64,000 bases of DNA from Candidatus Multivoradales bacterium (GCA_965248925.1 CBDFLE010000005.1:832001-896000), one strand, 5' to 3'. Numbered from the stretch's first letter, positions 18,092 to 29,003 are shown. Numbers and translations are program-made. The notes: generated by a model from the sequence alone, not told the origin.

Positions 18092-20329
18092 ATGCCGAGT
18101 CTTCGTGTCTTGCTACTGCTATCCGTGTGTCTGGTTGGCTGCCAGCCGTCTCTCATCAGTCTCCAACCGGTCAGCCCAGGGGGCGCAGCTAGCGCCGCCA
18201 CCGGCGATGAGCGCCACGGCGGCCCGCCGCCACCGGGCTATGTGCGGATCCTTGGCAACGCCGTCCCTGGTTGGCAGTCCACGGATGCGTTCCACCAGCG
18301 CAACAGCATGTTGAGCTGGTCGTTACTCGGCCCTCAACCGATCACCCACGAGTTCTGGAGCGGCAATGATCTGGCTACTGGCCGCGTTGTGGCGGTCGTG
18401 CCGCATCCGACCGACGCCGACACGGTCTACATCGCCGCCGCTTCGGGAGGCATTTGGAAGACCACCAATGGTGGTTCTAGCTGGCTGCCCCTGACCGATG
18501 AGCTGGCGAATCTAAACCACGGCTGCTTGGCCCTGGATCCCGCCAATCCGCAGACCATCTACGCCGGCACTGGCGAGTACACCACCGCGAGCGGTGGCGA
18601 CGGTATTTTTCGCTCCGTGGATGGCGGCGTGACCTGGAGTCGCTTCTCCACCGCTGCCGAGACCGGCGCCAATTGCAGCGCGGTGATTGTCGACCCCCAA
18701 GAGCCGCTGACGGTCCACGTCAGCGGCAGTTCTGGCTACGCTCGCACCAGCGATGGCGGTACAACCTGGCAGCTGCTGCTGGCGGGCGCGGCATCAGCCC
18801 TGACCATGGATGCTGGCGATCCCGACACTCTGTTCTTGGGTCGCCAGAACGCCGGCATCTTTCGTTCCCGCGACGGCGGCGATACCTGGACTCAGGTTTT
18901 CGGCGGGTTACCGCTGACCGGCGTGCGACGGGTGCTGGTGCAAGCCGCACCGGCGGATCCGGGCACTCTTTACGCTGCCCTGATGAACACCGGCAACCAG
19001 CTGCTCGGCTTGTTCCGCTCGGACGACGATGGCGACACTTGGATACCCAAAGCCAACACGCCGAATTTCGCCGGCAGCCAAGGGTGGTATTCCGCCTTCT
19101 TGACGGTCTCACCTACCGATTCAGATCTACTTTTCGCGGGCGGCGTCTTCCCCACTTACGCCCCGGCTGGAGCAGTGCGCAGCAGCGATGGCGGCAACGG
19201 CTGGATCGATGTCACGGTCGGCGTGCTGGGCGGTCAACTCCACCCCGACATGCACGCTGGCGCTTTTGCCGCCGACGGCAGCATTTGGATCGGCTGCGAC
19301 GGCGGGGTGTGGAAATCGAATGACAACGGCCAAGAATGGCTCAACCTCAATCAAAGCCTGGCCATCACTCAGAGCTATACCATCGCTCGCGCGCCTGGCT
19401 CTGGCTTGCTGATCAACGGCACTCAGGACAATGGAACTATCGAGGGCAATCCCGTCAACCCGGCCTGGTCGCAGATCCTGGCCGGAGATGGCGGCTTCGC
19501 CACCTATGACTTCGATCAGCCATCGCGCCGCTACGTGACTTACATTCGTCTGTCGGTCTACCGCCTCGACAGTGGCGGCAGCCGAGAGATCACTGGCCCC
19601 TGGGGCGCAGACAATGTGAGCTTTATCGCTCCGCTGGTGGCCGACCCGCTCGATTCCGACACTCTCTACGGCGGCACTAATCGGCTGTGGCGAACCACCA
19701 ATGCCAGCGCCACCAACCCGCAGTGGACGCCCATTAGCAATGCGACGGTGGGAGCTGGCCAGCCCCTTGACGCCATCGCCGTGGCCGCCGCGGACCCAGC
19801 GACCATCTGGCTGGGCGGCGCCGCTGGCAAAGTAGCGATCACCAGAGACGGTGGCGCGACTTGGCAAGATCGCTCCAGCGGCCTGCCCGGCGGCGGCATC
19901 AGCGACCTGCTGGTCGATCCGCAAGATCCACAACTCGCCTGGGTCGGCTTGTTCTCGACCAGCGGTCCGCGCCTGCTGCTCAGCAACGATGCCGGCCTCA
20001 GCTGGCAGAACAGAACCGGCAGCCTACCCGGCGGCTTGTCGATCAAAGCCTTGGCGGTGGATTGGCGGTCACCGAGCAATCTCTACATCGGCACCGGTGC
20101 AGGGGTCTATTACTCCACCAATGGCGGGCAGACCTGGACCAAGGATGGCTCGGATCTGCCGAATGTCAACATCGGTGATTTGCTGATCGATTTTGCAACC
20201 GAGGAGATCTATGCCGCGACTTTCGGCCGCGGTACCTGGCGGGCGCCGCTGCTACCGATCGGTGGAATCTTTGTGGATGGCTTCGAAGCCGGCAACAGCA
20301 GCAGCTGGAGTAGCTCTCAGGGAGACTGA
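18092..20329 (+). CDS. Secreted BNR/Asp-box (VPS10/GH74-like) beta-propeller lipoprotein
   Basis: LVGC lipobox, many S/TxDGGxTW repeats, GTQDNGT, ATFGRGTW; C-terminal IFVDGFEAGNSSSW. Confidence 0.85.
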   Translation: MPSLRVLLLLSVCLVGCQPSLISLQPVSPGGAASAATGDERHGGPPPPGYVRILGNAVPGWQSTDAFHQRNSMLSWSLLGPQPITHEFWSGNDLATGRVVAVVPHPTDADTVYIAAASGGIWKTTNGGSSWLPLTDELANLNHGCLALDPANPQTIYAGTGEYTTASGGDGIFRSVDGGVTWSRFSTAAETGANCSAVIVDPQEPLTVHVSGSSGYARTSDGGTTWQLLLAGAASALTMDAGDPDTLFLGRQNAGIFRSRDGGDTWTQVFGGLPLTGVRRVLVQAAPADPGTLYAALMNTGNQLLGLFRSDDDGDTWIPKANTPNFAGSQGWYSAFLTVSPTDSDLLFAGGVFPTYAPAGAVRSSDGGNGWIDVTVGVLGGQLHPDMHAGAFAADGSIWIGCDGGVWKSNDNGQEWLNLNQSLAITQSYTIARAPGSGLLINGTQDNGTIEGNPVNPAWSQILAGDGGFATYDFDQPSRRYVTYIRLSVYRLDSGGSREITGPWGADNVSFIAPLVADPLDSDTLYGGTNRLWRTTNASATNPQWTPISNATVGAGQPLDAIAVAAADPATIWLGGAAGKVAITRDGGATWQDRSSGLPGGGISDLLVDPQDPQLAWVGLFSTSGPRLLLSNDAGLSWQNRTGSLPGGLSIKALAVDWRSPSNLYIGTGAGVYYSTNGGQTWTKDGSDLPNVNIGDLLIDFATEEIYAATFGRGTWRAPLLPIGGIFVDGFEAGNSSSWSSSQGD

Positions 20330-20409
20330 CCAGGGCTCAACCGCCACCTGGCACATGCCGTGAGCCTGGAAACATGGGCCTGAAGACGCAGAACTGAAAC
20401 AGGGATGTT

Positions 20410-20486
20410 TGGAGGCGACGGCCGGATTCGAACCGGCGAATAGAGGTTTTGCAGACCTCCGCCTTAGACCACTTGGCCACGTCGCC
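20410..20486 (-). tRNA. tRNA-Cys(GCA)
   Basis: ggcgacgtggccaagtggtctaaggcggaggtctGCAaaacctc...gttcgaatcc...tcca. Confidence 0.96.
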
Positions 20487-20644
20487 TTGATTCCGCGCTC
20501 GATTTGCATCGAGGGCTTCCAGCATATCACCCGCCTCTCACCCTAAACGCGGACCGCGGCTGAAGATCCAGCCTGCCGACGACCGCATTCTTGGTGCAAC
20601 CGAGACGTCGACGGTGAGCCAAAGGGCGGCAGAGGGAAAATGCA

Positions 20645-20719
20645 TGGAGCGGGAAACGGGATTCGAACCCGCGACCCCAACCTTGGCAAGGTTGTGCTCT
20701 ACCACTGAGCTATTCCCGC
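20645..20719 (-). tRNA. tRNA-Gly(GCC)
   Basis: gcgggaatagctcagtggtagagcacaaccttGCCaaggttg...gttcgaatccc...tcca. Confidence 0.97.
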
Positions 20720-20730
20720 TCGGGAGGAGA

Positions 20731-20759
20731 AGGATAGTGTCCCTTCAACAGGCTGTCAA
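20731..20759 (-). promoter_or_regulatory. sigma70 promoter of tRNA-Gly/Cys
   Basis: Minus strand TTGACA-N17-TATCCT, 11 nt before the tRNA 5' end. Confidence 0.7.
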
Positions 20760-20796
20760 GCGCCTTTATCTGTGCCGGTTTGCGGCCCTCCGCAAG

Positions 20797-21210
20797 CTAT
20801 CTCGCGGAAGCGTTAAAGGCGTCGCGAATGAGGGTAAAACTCCACCCTGAGGCGGTCCAATCGAGCCCGATAACATCGAACCGACACGCTGCATCGAAGT
20901 TTCGCTGAGCGAGAAATAATGCGGCAGCGCGAGCTATCTTGCGCTGCTTGGCGGGCGGAACGGCGGCAATCGCCGGGCCATAGGAAGCGCTGGCACGCGC
21001 TTTGACCTCTACGAAACACAGGGTCTCCCCTTCCCAGGCCACCAGATCGATTTCACCCGCGGCGGTGGTGACATTGCGTTCGACAATGCGATAGCCATGC
21101 TCCTTGAGCCAACTTTCAGCTTCACCCTCCCCGACCCGCCCTCGAGCCCGGGTGTGGGGTTGACGATGAAAGAGGTGCTCCGCCATCTGTTCGCCTACCG
21201 GCGCCGCCAT
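20797..21210 (-). CDS. yraN: YraN family (UPF0102) nuclease-like protein
   Basis: GEIDLVA, FVEVKAR and CRFDVI motifs. Confidence 0.92.
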   Translation of the reverse strand: MAAPVGEQMAEHLFHRQPHTRARGRVGEGEAESWLKEHGYRIVERNVTTAAGEIDLVAWEGETLCFVEVKARASASYGPAIAAVPPAKQRKIARAAALFLAQRNFDAACRFDVIGLDWTASGWSFTLIRDAFNASAR

Positions 21211-22613
21211 CGGCTGCCCGTCGCGCTGTCTTCAATCACCACGTTGGCCTCTTGCAACTGGTCGCGAAGGCGATCGGCAGCAGCGAAATCGCGATCGGCG
21301 CGGGCTTGTTGGCGAGCGGCCACTAACTGGTCGATCTGCGCGTCGGTGAGGCCCGCGGCGGCGGCATCCTGCCACGCCGTCGGATCGAGCACAGCGAGCA
21401 CTCGGTCGACTTCGGCCAGCGCTGCCAGGATTCGCTGGCTATCGCCCTCACCGAGTTCCTGGTCGCCAATCATGCGATTGACCTCTCGAACAAAACCAAA
21501 CAGCGCGGCGAGGGCCTCGGCAATATTCAGATCGTCGGCCAGACCAGCGGCGAAGTCGTCGAGCAGCTTGGCGCAGGCCGTCGCCACCGCTGGCCGCGGC
21601 TCCCCCTGCTCACCAGTTCCGCCGAGGCGAAAACACATATCGTCGACCCGCTTCAGAGCGGCGCTGGCAGCAGCCAAAGACTCAAAGGTGAAGTTGAGTT
21701 TCTGCCGGTAATGCACCGACAGCATCAAATAGCGCACCGAGCGCCGGTTGCCCCCTTTCTCCAACACATCTCCGAGGGTGTAGAAGTTGCCCAACGACTT
21801 GGACATCTTCTGCCCATCAACCATCAGATGCTCGGCATGCAACCAGGTGTGAACATAGGTCTCGCCGGTGGCGGACTCGCTTTGAGCGATTTCGTTCTCA
21901 TGATGGGGAAAGATGTTGTCGACCCCACCACAGTGGATATCGAAACTCGGGCCAAGGTACTTCATCGCCATCGCCGAGCACTCGATATGCCAACCGGGGC
22001 GCCCTGGTCCCCACGGCGAGGGCCAGGAGGGTTCGCCTTCCTTGGCCGCCTTCCACAGGCCGAAATCGCGAGCGTCTTCTTTGTCGTATTCATCCGAGGC
22101 CACCCGCTGGCCTTGCCTGCTGTGGCTCAGATCGGCGCCCGACAGACGGCCATAATCGGCATCTGAGGCGATGCGAAAGAACACCGAACCGTCGTCGCCA
22201 ACGTAGGCATTATCACGCTCGATCAGCCGCTCGATCAGCTCGATCATCTCAGCGATGTGCTCGGTGGCCCGCGGATAACACTCAACGCGTTCGAAGCCGA
22301 GGGCATCGAGATCGGCGAAAAAGGCATCGATGTGAGTGGCGGTGAACTCGTCTAGCTCAACCCCGTCGCGCAAGGCACCGCGGATGGTCTTGTCGTCGAC
22401 ATCGGTGAGGTTCATCACCTGGGTCACCTGATAACCGAGAAAGCCCAGCGTGCGACGGAGCAGATCTTCGAAGAGAAAAGACCGAAGATTGCCGATATGT
22501 GCCCGATTGTAGACCGTCGGACCACAGGTGTAGATCTTGACCCGCGGCGGATCGAGCGGCTGAAAGACCTCAAGCTTCTTGCCGAGGGTATTGAAGAATC
22601 TAAGCTGGCGCAT
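21195..22613 (-). CDS. cysS: Cysteine--tRNA ligase
   Basis: YTCGPTVY..AHIGN, GRPGWHIECSAM and KMSKSLGN. Start placed at MRQLRFFNTL. Confidence 0.97.
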   Translation of the reverse strand: MRQLRFFNTLGKKLEVFQPLDPPRVKIYTCGPTVYNRAHIGNLRSFLFEDLLRRTLGFLGYQVTQVMNLTDVDDKTIRGALRDGVELDEFTATHIDAFFADLDALGFERVECYPRATEHIAEMIELIERLIERDNAYVGDDGSVFFRIASDADYGRLSGADLSHSRQGQRVASDEYDKEDARDFGLWKAAKEGEPSWPSPWGPGRPGWHIECSAMAMKYLGPSFDIHCGGVDNIFPHHENEIAQSESATGETYVHTWLHAEHLMVDGQKMSKSLGNFYTLGDVLEKGGNRRSVRYLMLSVHYRQKLNFTFESLAAASAALKRVDDMCFRLGGTGEQGEPRPAVATACAKLLDDFAAGLADDLNIAEALAALFGFVREVNRMIGDQELGEGDSQRILAALAEVDRVLAVLDPTAWQDAAAAGLTDAQIDQLVAARQQARADRDFAAADRLRDQLQEANVVIEDSATGSRWRRR

Positions 22614-22716
22614 GCCGAGAGCCCCTGTAGAGAGAGTGCTTGCGAGTTCGCGCAGGCTATCGCAAAACGCCTTTCGCGGCAGGACCAAACCAGGAGCCCA
22701 CGGCGGGACTTGCAAC

Positions 22717-23223
22717 TCACCCGGAACGTGCCAGGCGGCGCAGCTGACGGCGTACCCGATCGCGGCGCAGCCCTCGGACATGGTCGTAGAACAGAATGCC
22801 GTCCAGGTGATCAAGTTCGTGGCAGATAGCCCTTGCCTCAAAGCCCTCAGCGCTGAACTCGAAAGTTTTTCCTGCCAGGTTCTGGGCCTGCAATTTGACC
22901 TGAGTAGGTCGAGCAACCCGCTCCGAGATACCCGGCAGGGAAAGGCAAGCCTCGGCCTCGACCTCGCGGCCCACTTGCTGTAACAGCTGGGGATTAACCA
23001 GCACTCGCAGCTCTTCGGCATGCTTACCCACCGACACGTCGACCACCGCCAAACGTAGCTCTACACCGACCTGCGGCGCCGCCAGGCCAACCCCGGGAGC
23101 GGCCACCATGGTCTCCACCATGGCCTCCGCCAGCTCGCTAAGTTCGTTGTCGAAGCGCTCTACAGGGGCACACTTCACCCGCAAGATGGGATCGGGATAC
23201 AAACGGATCGGGAGTACCGCCAC
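22717..23223 (-). CDS. def: Peptide deformylase
   Basis: GVGLAAPQVG, EACLS and HELDHLDG motifs. Confidence 0.96.
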   Translation of the reverse strand: MAVLPIRLYPDPILRVKCAPVERFDNELSELAEAMVETMVAAPGVGLAAPQVGVELRLAVVDVSVGKHAEELRVLVNPQLLQQVGREVEAEACLSLPGISERVARPTQVKLQAQNLAGKTFEFSAEGFEARAICHELDHLDGILFYDHVRGLRRDRVRRQLRRLARSG

Positions 23224-23226
23224 CCC

Positions 23227-24096
23227 TCAAACCCCAAGGCGCTGAATCGAGACCGCGACGTCGCGATCATTCTGTTGCTTGCGCAAGACGCCCAAGAAAC
23301 CCCGCGGATCTTCGGCGCCGACCATCGATTGCTGCAATCCCCGCCGGCCGAGTCTAAAAACAGTCACCGGCGTCGTCGCCTGATACCGAGCGGGCCAGGT
23401 CTTCCGCTCGATCAACGCCGACTCGCCGATCAGATCGCCGGTCGAGAAGCTGCGAACGTTGGTGAATTTGCCGGCCATTTCCACTTCGGCGTCGACCATT
23501 CCATCGACCACCAAGAACATCATCGAGTGACTGTCTCCCTGCTCGGCCAAGATCTCTCCACGGGGCAGCTGGAGCAACTCCATCGCCGCGAACAAGCGTT
23601 TGAGCTGCTCACCAGCGAGCTGCTCGACCAGGTGGCTCTTGGCGATCTTGTTCCACAGCATCTCCACCGCCAACACCGAGTCACCCGCCGCCAAGGCGCC
23701 GGCAGAGGAGTTCGATCGCAGTCCTTCGATCGCCAGACGACGACGGTGCTCAAGGCGCTTCTTGCGGCGATAAATGGCGATGCGCCGCGGCAGGGTATCG
23801 TCTCCCGGCGCCAGCCGAACCGCCTTTGAGAGCAGCGCGATACCCTTGTCGAAGAACCCGTCCTCGGCCTGGGAGTCGGCCACGAAGACGTATTCACCAA
23901 GCGCTTTTTTGACGTCCTTGAGCCCGAGATAGACTTCGGCCAGCTTGAGGTGGGAATGCAGATCCTTGCGCGACGTCTTGATCCTTGCCTCGAGCCGATC
24001 AGCGGCATCTTCGTAGCGTTCGAGAGTGATCAGATCCTCGATCGTCAACTCGCGCTTCTTCTCGGGGGCACCCTTGCCAAAGAGCTTTTTCAGCAC
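23227..24096 (-). CDS. TPR plus cyclic-nucleotide-binding-domain protein
   Basis: Helical TPR-like N-terminus; QGD..MFLVVDG..GDLIGESAL cNMP fold. Confidence 0.75.
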   Translation of the reverse strand: MLKKLFGKGAPEKKRELTIEDLITLERYEDAADRLEARIKTSRKDLHSHLKLAEVYLGLKDVKKALGEYVFVADSQAEDGFFDKGIALLSKAVRLAPGDDTLPRRIAIYRRKKRLEHRRRLAIEGLRSNSSAGALAAGDSVLAVEMLWNKIAKSHLVEQLAGEQLKRLFAAMELLQLPRGEILAEQGDSHSMMFLVVDGMVDAEVEMAGKFTNVRSFSTGDLIGESALIERKTWPARYQATTPVTVFRLGRRGLQQSMVGAEDPRGFLGVLRKQQNDRDVAVSIQRLGV

Positions 24097-24358
24097 GATG
24101 GCATCGCCAGGGCCCGCGCCGTCACTAACGGGTGGGTTGCCATCCGCTTGGTTGTCGCCATTTTATCGCCCCCTCGGCAGTAGATTTGATCGAGGGAACC
24201 GCCCTCTGCGGCTGCTCTATGTGGCAGCCCTCGGCCCGACTCGATCACGGTTCAGCTATTGGTAGGAAGCTATTATATAGAAGCGGCGCTAGCCTCGGCT
24301 CGAAAAAGGGCCGGCGTGCGGTAGCTACGACCTGCATTGGGCTATAGTCACGGCGCCT

Positions 24359-24610
24359 ATGGAACTGGACCTGCTGCTGCGCTTCATCTTCATCCTCTAC
24401 TGCACCGTCGTCGGGATGATTCTTGTTCTCGCCCCGTGGATGGCGAGCTGGGACCAGCTGTTGGCACCACTAGCAGCGTCGACCCTGCGTCTGCTGCAGC
24501 ATCCAGTTTTGCGCGGTGGGCTGAGCGGCTTCGGCTTGGTGCATCTGCTCTGGGCGTTGCACGATCTCGGAGCCATGCTGCGCCAAGTAGGGGAGAACGA
24601 TGAGCCTTGA
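24359..24610 (+). CDS. Small membrane protein
   Basis: Two hydrophobic segments; overlaps the thiE start. Confidence 0.7.
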   Translation: MELDLLLRFIFILYCTVVGMILVLAPWMASWDQLLAPLAASTLRLLQHPVLRGGLSGFGLVHLLWALHDLGAMLRQVGENDEP

Positions 24611-25247
24611 GTTTCGCCTGCCCCGACTGATGGCGATCAGCGATCCGCTCGAACGGGGTCAGGAGAGCTTCGATGGCTGGTTGCGGCGGGTTGCCGATGC
24701 GGGGGTCGACACGGTGCAAATACGCGAGAAACAGCTCTCGGATCGTTCCCTCTACCAACTCGCCCTCAACGCCCGCCGCTTGCTCGGCGAGCGACCGCGC
24801 ATTCTGATCAACGGCCGCGTCGACATTGCTTTGGCAGCGGGCTGTGCCGGCGCCCACCTGCCGGCCGCCGAACTCTCCGCGCTGGATTTGCGCCGGCACT
24901 TTGGTAGCCATCTACTCCTGGGGCGCTCGACCCACCACCCCGAAGAGGTGGCGGCGGCTCGGCGCGAAGGTCTCGACTACGTGACTTTCGGTCCGATCTT
25001 TCCCACGCCGACCAAAGCTGCCTATGGTCCGCCGCCTGGCCTGGCAGGACTCCGCAAGGCGCTGAGCCACGGCTTGCCAGTGCTCGCCCTCGGTGGGGTT
25101 GGCAGCGAGAACTTCGCCGCAGTGTTGGCCGCAGGAGCGCGAGGCCTGGCGGGAATCCACGCCTTCCATGACCCTCAAAGCCTCGCCATCATCGCTCAGC
25201 CTGGCGTTGCCCAAGCCAACCTCAGGCTGGCCAACAGCGACCGCTAA
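24600..25247 (+). CDS. thiE: Thiamine-phosphate synthase / TenI family
   Basis: VQIREK, INGRVD, GRSTH, GPIFPTPTK and ALGG motifs. Confidence 0.85.
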   Translation: MSLEFRLPRLMAISDPLERGQESFDGWLRRVADAGVDTVQIREKQLSDRSLYQLALNARRLLGERPRILINGRVDIALAAGCAGAHLPAAELSALDLRRHFGSHLLLGRSTHHPEEVAAARREGLDYVTFGPIFPTPTKAAYGPPPGLAGLRKALSHGLPVLALGGVGSENFAAVLAAGARGLAGIHAFHDPQSLAIIAQPGVAQANLRLANSDR

Positions 25248-25651
25248 TGGCGATTCTCGGAATCGGTCTCGACTTGGTCGACTTGGGCCGTATCGAGCGC
25301 CTATACGACCGCCACGGCGAAGTCTTCGTGTGCAAATTCTGCTGCCCTGGGGAGTGCCAAAGGCGCCAAGGCCATGCCATGATCGAGCATCTCGGCGGCC
25401 TATTCGCCGCCAAGGAAGCGGTGCTGAAAGCTCTCGGCACCGGTTGGGCGGCCGGCCTCGGCTTTCGTCAGATAGAAGTCGTGCGCAACTCAGCCGGCGC
25501 GCCGTCGATCAACTTGCACCAGCGGGCAGCACAGCGCGCAGCGGCTCTGGGAGTGGGCTCGATCCATCTGTCGATTACCCACGAGCGCACTTACGCGGCG
25601 GCCGTTGCGGTGCTAGAAGGAAGCCTGATAGCAGAAGAGGATTTACCATGA
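25247..25651 (+). CDS. acpS: Holo-ACP synthase
   Basis: GIGLDLV, FAAKEAVLKALGTG and LSITH motifs. Confidence 0.95.
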   Translation: MAILGIGLDLVDLGRIERLYDRHGEVFVCKFCCPGECQRRQGHAMIEHLGGLFAAKEAVLKALGTGWAAGLGFRQIEVVRNSAGAPSINLHQRAAQRAAALGVGSIHLSITHERTYAAAVAVLEGSLIAEEDLP

Positions 25652-26181
25652 GTTCGCCCAAGCGCTTCGTCCGTAGTCGCTACTTGCTGATCTCGATCGC
25701 TGTCTTGGCCCTCGACCAGTGGAGCAAGTGGCTGGTCGAATTACATCTGCCCTTATACTTCCGCGAACCGGTGATTCCCGGACTTCTCAACCTCGCTCAT
25801 GTGCGCAATACCGGTGTCGCCTTTGGTATGTTCGCCAATCACGGCAGTTCGGCTATCGGCACTTGGGTGCTGAGCCTCCTCGGCCTCGGTGCGCTGACGT
25901 TCGTCTTGGTCTATTTTAGCCGCGTGCCGGAGGACAGCCGGTTGCTGCTAGTGGCGCTCACCCTGGTGCTCGGCGGCGCGGTGGGCAACTTGCTTGACCG
26001 CATCACTACCGGCGGGGTGACCGATTTCATCGACTTCTACTTTCGCGACTATCATTGGCACACCTTCAATGTGGCCGACAGCGCCATCACCATCGGCATC
26101 GGTTTGATGCTGATCAGTTCCTTCTCGCAACAGCGATCCGCCGCCGCCGAAGTCGAGCCGGTGACGCTGGAGAGCCCATGA
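25648..26181 (+). CDS. lspA: Lipoprotein signal peptidase II
   Basis: DQWSK, NTGVAFG, GAVGNLLDR and FNVADSAI motifs. Confidence 0.96.
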   Translation: MSSPKRFVRSRYLLISIAVLALDQWSKWLVELHLPLYFREPVIPGLLNLAHVRNTGVAFGMFANHGSSAIGTWVLSLLGLGALTFVLVYFSRVPEDSRLLLVALTLVLGGAVGNLLDRITTGGVTDFIDFYFRDYHWHTFNVADSAITIGIGLMLISSFSQQRSAAAEVEPVTLESP

Positions 26182-26191
26182 GTTCTCCAGC

Positions 26192-27196
26192 GTGAGCGCC
26201 GCTGAGGCAGCGAACGAGACCGACCGAGCCACTCGTTGGCGAGTTGCGGAGCACGCTGCCGGTGACCGCCTGGACCGGCACTTGGCGGCCCAAATGGAGA
26301 TCAGCCGCAACCGGGCCCAGCATTGGATCCGCGACCATCGGGTACAGGTTGCCGGCCGACCCACGGACAAGGTCTCAGCCCTGGTCGCGGCCGGTGATGA
26401 AATCGTCGTCGAGCAGCCCCGGCAACCGCCAGCTGCTGGGGTGGAGGCAGAGGAGGGTGAACTCTGCCTGCTGTACCAAGATGCCGACGTTCTGATACTC
26501 GACAAGCCAGCCGGCGTGTTGGTCCACCCCGGAGCCGGCCACCCCAACGCCACTCTGGCCAATTTCCTCTTGCACCGCTATCCAGAAATTGCCGGGGTCG
26601 GCGGCCTCGGTCGGCCGGGCATCGTCCATCGATTGGACAAGGACACCACCGGAGTGTTGGCCATCGCCCGCAACGATCGGTCTTATCAGGCACTGATCGC
26701 CGCTTTTGCCGAACGTCGGGTCGACAAGACCTACCTAGCGATCGTCCATGGCCAGCCGCGCCCTGACCGAGGCACCGTCGACCTGCCGATCGGCCGCCAT
26801 CCCCACGATCGCAAACGAATGACCGTGCGCACCCATGGCCGACCGGCGCGCACCCACTACTCGCTGCGTGCCACCGCCGCCGGCATCAGCCTGCTGGAGC
26901 TAGGTTTGGAGACTGGCCGTACACACCAAATCCGGGTCCACCTCAAGACCCTGGGCAATCCTCTGATCGGCGACCCGACCTACGGCGAAGCACGTTGGCG
27001 CAGCCTGCCAAAGCACCGCCAAGCCCGACTGCGGGACTTCCCCCGTCCCGCCTTGCATGCTTGGAAAATCCGTCTTCCCCACCCCAGCGACGGTGACCCT
27101 TTCGAGACTTGCGCGGCGGTGCCGCCTGACTTACGCCAGCTGTGGACTGGGTTCACCGGCGACCCGTGGCCCCTCAACGAGCCCGGCGAGAACTGA
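26192..27196 (+). CDS. rluD: RluA/RluD pseudouridine synthase with S4 domain
   Basis: RLDRHLA, DKPAG, HRLDKDTTG and TGRTHQIRVH motifs. Confidence 0.93.
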   Translation: MSAAEAANETDRATRWRVAEHAAGDRLDRHLAAQMEISRNRAQHWIRDHRVQVAGRPTDKVSALVAAGDEIVVEQPRQPPAAGVEAEEGELCLLYQDADVLILDKPAGVLVHPGAGHPNATLANFLLHRYPEIAGVGGLGRPGIVHRLDKDTTGVLAIARNDRSYQALIAAFAERRVDKTYLAIVHGQPRPDRGTVDLPIGRHPHDRKRMTVRTHGRPARTHYSLRATAAGISLLELGLETGRTHQIRVHLKTLGNPLIGDPTYGEARWRSLPKHRQARLRDFPRPALHAWKIRLPHPSDGDPFETCAAVPPDLRQLWTGFTGDPWPLNEPGEN

Positions 27197-27288
27197 GTAC
27201 AGCTCCGGAGTCGGCGGCGGGGAGTCCTCTTCTAGGCTATAGAAGCATAAATTCGGCTTGACACCGCGCGTGACCTAATCCGCTCGCC

Positions 27289-28410
27289 CTACGCAACCTT
27301 CAGCAGGTCGCGGAGGTCGGTGTAGGGTCGGTCTTGGGACTCCGCTACCGGTAGGCAGGTCACCTGGCCCGCGTGGGTGTTGACCCCGGCATAGAGTCCA
27401 GGATTCTCATTCACCGCGCGCGCGAAGCCCTTGTTGGCAAGATCTAGAGCATAGGGCAAGGTGGCGTTGGTCAGCGCCTGGGTCGAGGTGCGTGGCACCG
27501 CCCCGGGCATGTTGGCGACGCAGTAATGCAAGATGCCGTCGACTTCGTACACCGGGTTAGAGTGGGTGGTCGGGCGAGTGGTCTCGAAGCAGCCTCCCTG
27601 GTCCACGGCCACATCGACCACCACCGAACCTGGTTTCATCAGCTGGAGCATCTCGCGACTGACCAATTTCGCCGACGCACGGCCGGGGATCAGTACCGCG
27701 CCAATCAACACATCGGCATAGCCCAGTGCTTGCCTCAAAGTCAGGGGATTGCTCGCCAGAGTTTGAATTCCACCGTGGAAGACATCGTCAATGAACCGCA
27801 TGCGTTTGGCGCTGCGCTCCAGGATGGTCACTTGTGCGCCCATTCCATGAGCGATCTTGGCGGCGTTCAGGCCCACGATGCCACCGCCCAACACCACTAC
27901 ATCAGCTGCCGGCACCCCCGGCACTCCAGACATCAGAATGCCACGCCCACCGTGCCGACGCTGCAAGTAGGTGGCGCCGGCAAGCACTGCCATTCGGCCT
28001 GCCACCTCAGACATCGGCGTCAGAACAGGTAGGCCGCCCTCAGCATCGGTGATTGTCTCGTAGGCTATCCCGGTCACTCCGCGCTCGACAAGAATCTCGG
28101 TGAGCAGTGGCAGAGGAGCCAAATGGAGGTAAGTGAACAGCAACTGTCCCCGGCGCATGCGTCGGTATTCAACTTCAATGGGCTCCTTGACCTTGATCAC
28201 CATCTCGGCCGTGGCGTAAATCTGATCCCCATCGCCGAGGATCTTTGCTCCGGCCTCCAGATACTCCGGGTCTTCGAAAGCACTGCCTGCACCGGCCTCG
28301 GTTTCGACGAAAACTTGGTGGCCAACGCCAACCAAAGCGTGCACCCCCGCAGGGGTCATGCCGACCCGGTATTCGTGATCTTTGAGTTCCTTGGGGATGC
28401 CGATCTTCAC
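27289..28410 (-). CDS. ald: Alanine dehydrogenase
   Basis: [30 protein letters not shown] and VANMPGAVP motifs. Confidence 0.97.
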   Translation of the reverse strand: MKIGIPKELKDHEYRVGMTPAGVHALVGVGHQVFVETEAGAGSAFEDPEYLEAGAKILGDGDQIYATAEMVIKVKEPIEVEYRRMRRGQLLFTYLHLAPLPLLTEILVERGVTGIAYETITDAEGGLPVLTPMSEVAGRMAVLAGATYLQRRHGGRGILMSGVPGVPAADVVVLGGGIVGLNAAKIAHGMGAQVTILERSAKRMRFIDDVFHGGIQTLASNPLTLRQALGYADVLIGAVLIPGRASAKLVSREMLQLMKPGSVVVDVAVDQGGCFETTRPTTHSNPVYEVDGILHYCVANMPGAVPRTSTQALTNATLPYALDLANKGFARAVNENPGLYAGVNTHAGQVTCLPVAESQDRPYTDLRDLLKVA

Positions 28411-29003
28411 CGGCCGGACCTGCTGGAGCCGCCAAACGCCTTGCGCTGTCCGCCTACAGTGCTAGCCTTTTCAGAACTCTTGCCCTCGCCCGAGCCTGGC
28501 TTCTTGGCAGCGTCGCCAGCAGTGGCCTGAGCCGCTACTGCTTGCTGTTGCTTCGCCGCATTGGCATGTCTGCTCTTGCTGGCGGTCATTTCGACCTTAC
28601 CTTTGAAGAAGGCACCTTCCTTGATCCTCACTCGCGGCGAGGTCACATCGCCCTCCAAGCTGCCCGAGGCCAATACTTCGACCCGCTCGGTACCAATTAC
28701 ATCGCCATGGACCTTACCGCCGACCTGCACCGTCAGGGCGCGAATCCGTCCTTCGACCCGTCCTTGGGCGCCGACCACGACCTGGCTTTGCAAATCGATC
28801 TCGCCCTCCACAACGCCCTCGATCACCAATTCGGCAGAGCCCGAGATCTGCCCCACCACCTTGGTGCCGCTAGCAATCTGAGTAGCTGCCTGGCGGGTTG
28901 GCTGAGCAGCCTTCTGGGGCCGCTGAGCAGGGGTCACAGCTGGCCGAGAAGGGGCTGGAGTCTTGGGCCGCTCACGGTCTTTTTCACGGTTGAAGATAGA
29001 CAT
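28407..29003 (-). CDS. Bactofilin (polymer-forming cytoskeletal protein)
   Basis: Beta-helical I/V-x-G repeats ending [10 protein letters not shown], with disordered termini. Confidence 0.9.
   Translation of the reverse strand: MSIFNREKDRERPKTPAPSRPAVTPAQRPQKAAQPTRQAATQIASGTKVVGQISGSAELVIEGVVEGEIDLQSQVVVGAQGRVEGRIRALTVQVGGKVHGDVIGTERVEVLASGSLEGDVTSPRVRIKEGAFFKGKVEMTASKSRHANAAKQQQAVAAQATAGDAAKKPGSGEGKSSEKASTVGGQRKAFGGSSRSGR

Noticed and set aside
22614-23021. 136-aa N-terminal extension of CysS in the ORF track
   Set aside because: It overlaps def on the same strand in another frame; CysS homology starts at ATG 22613.
25093-25647. Long N-terminal extension of LspA
   Set aside because: It overlaps thiE and acpS; ATG 25648 couples to the acpS stop.
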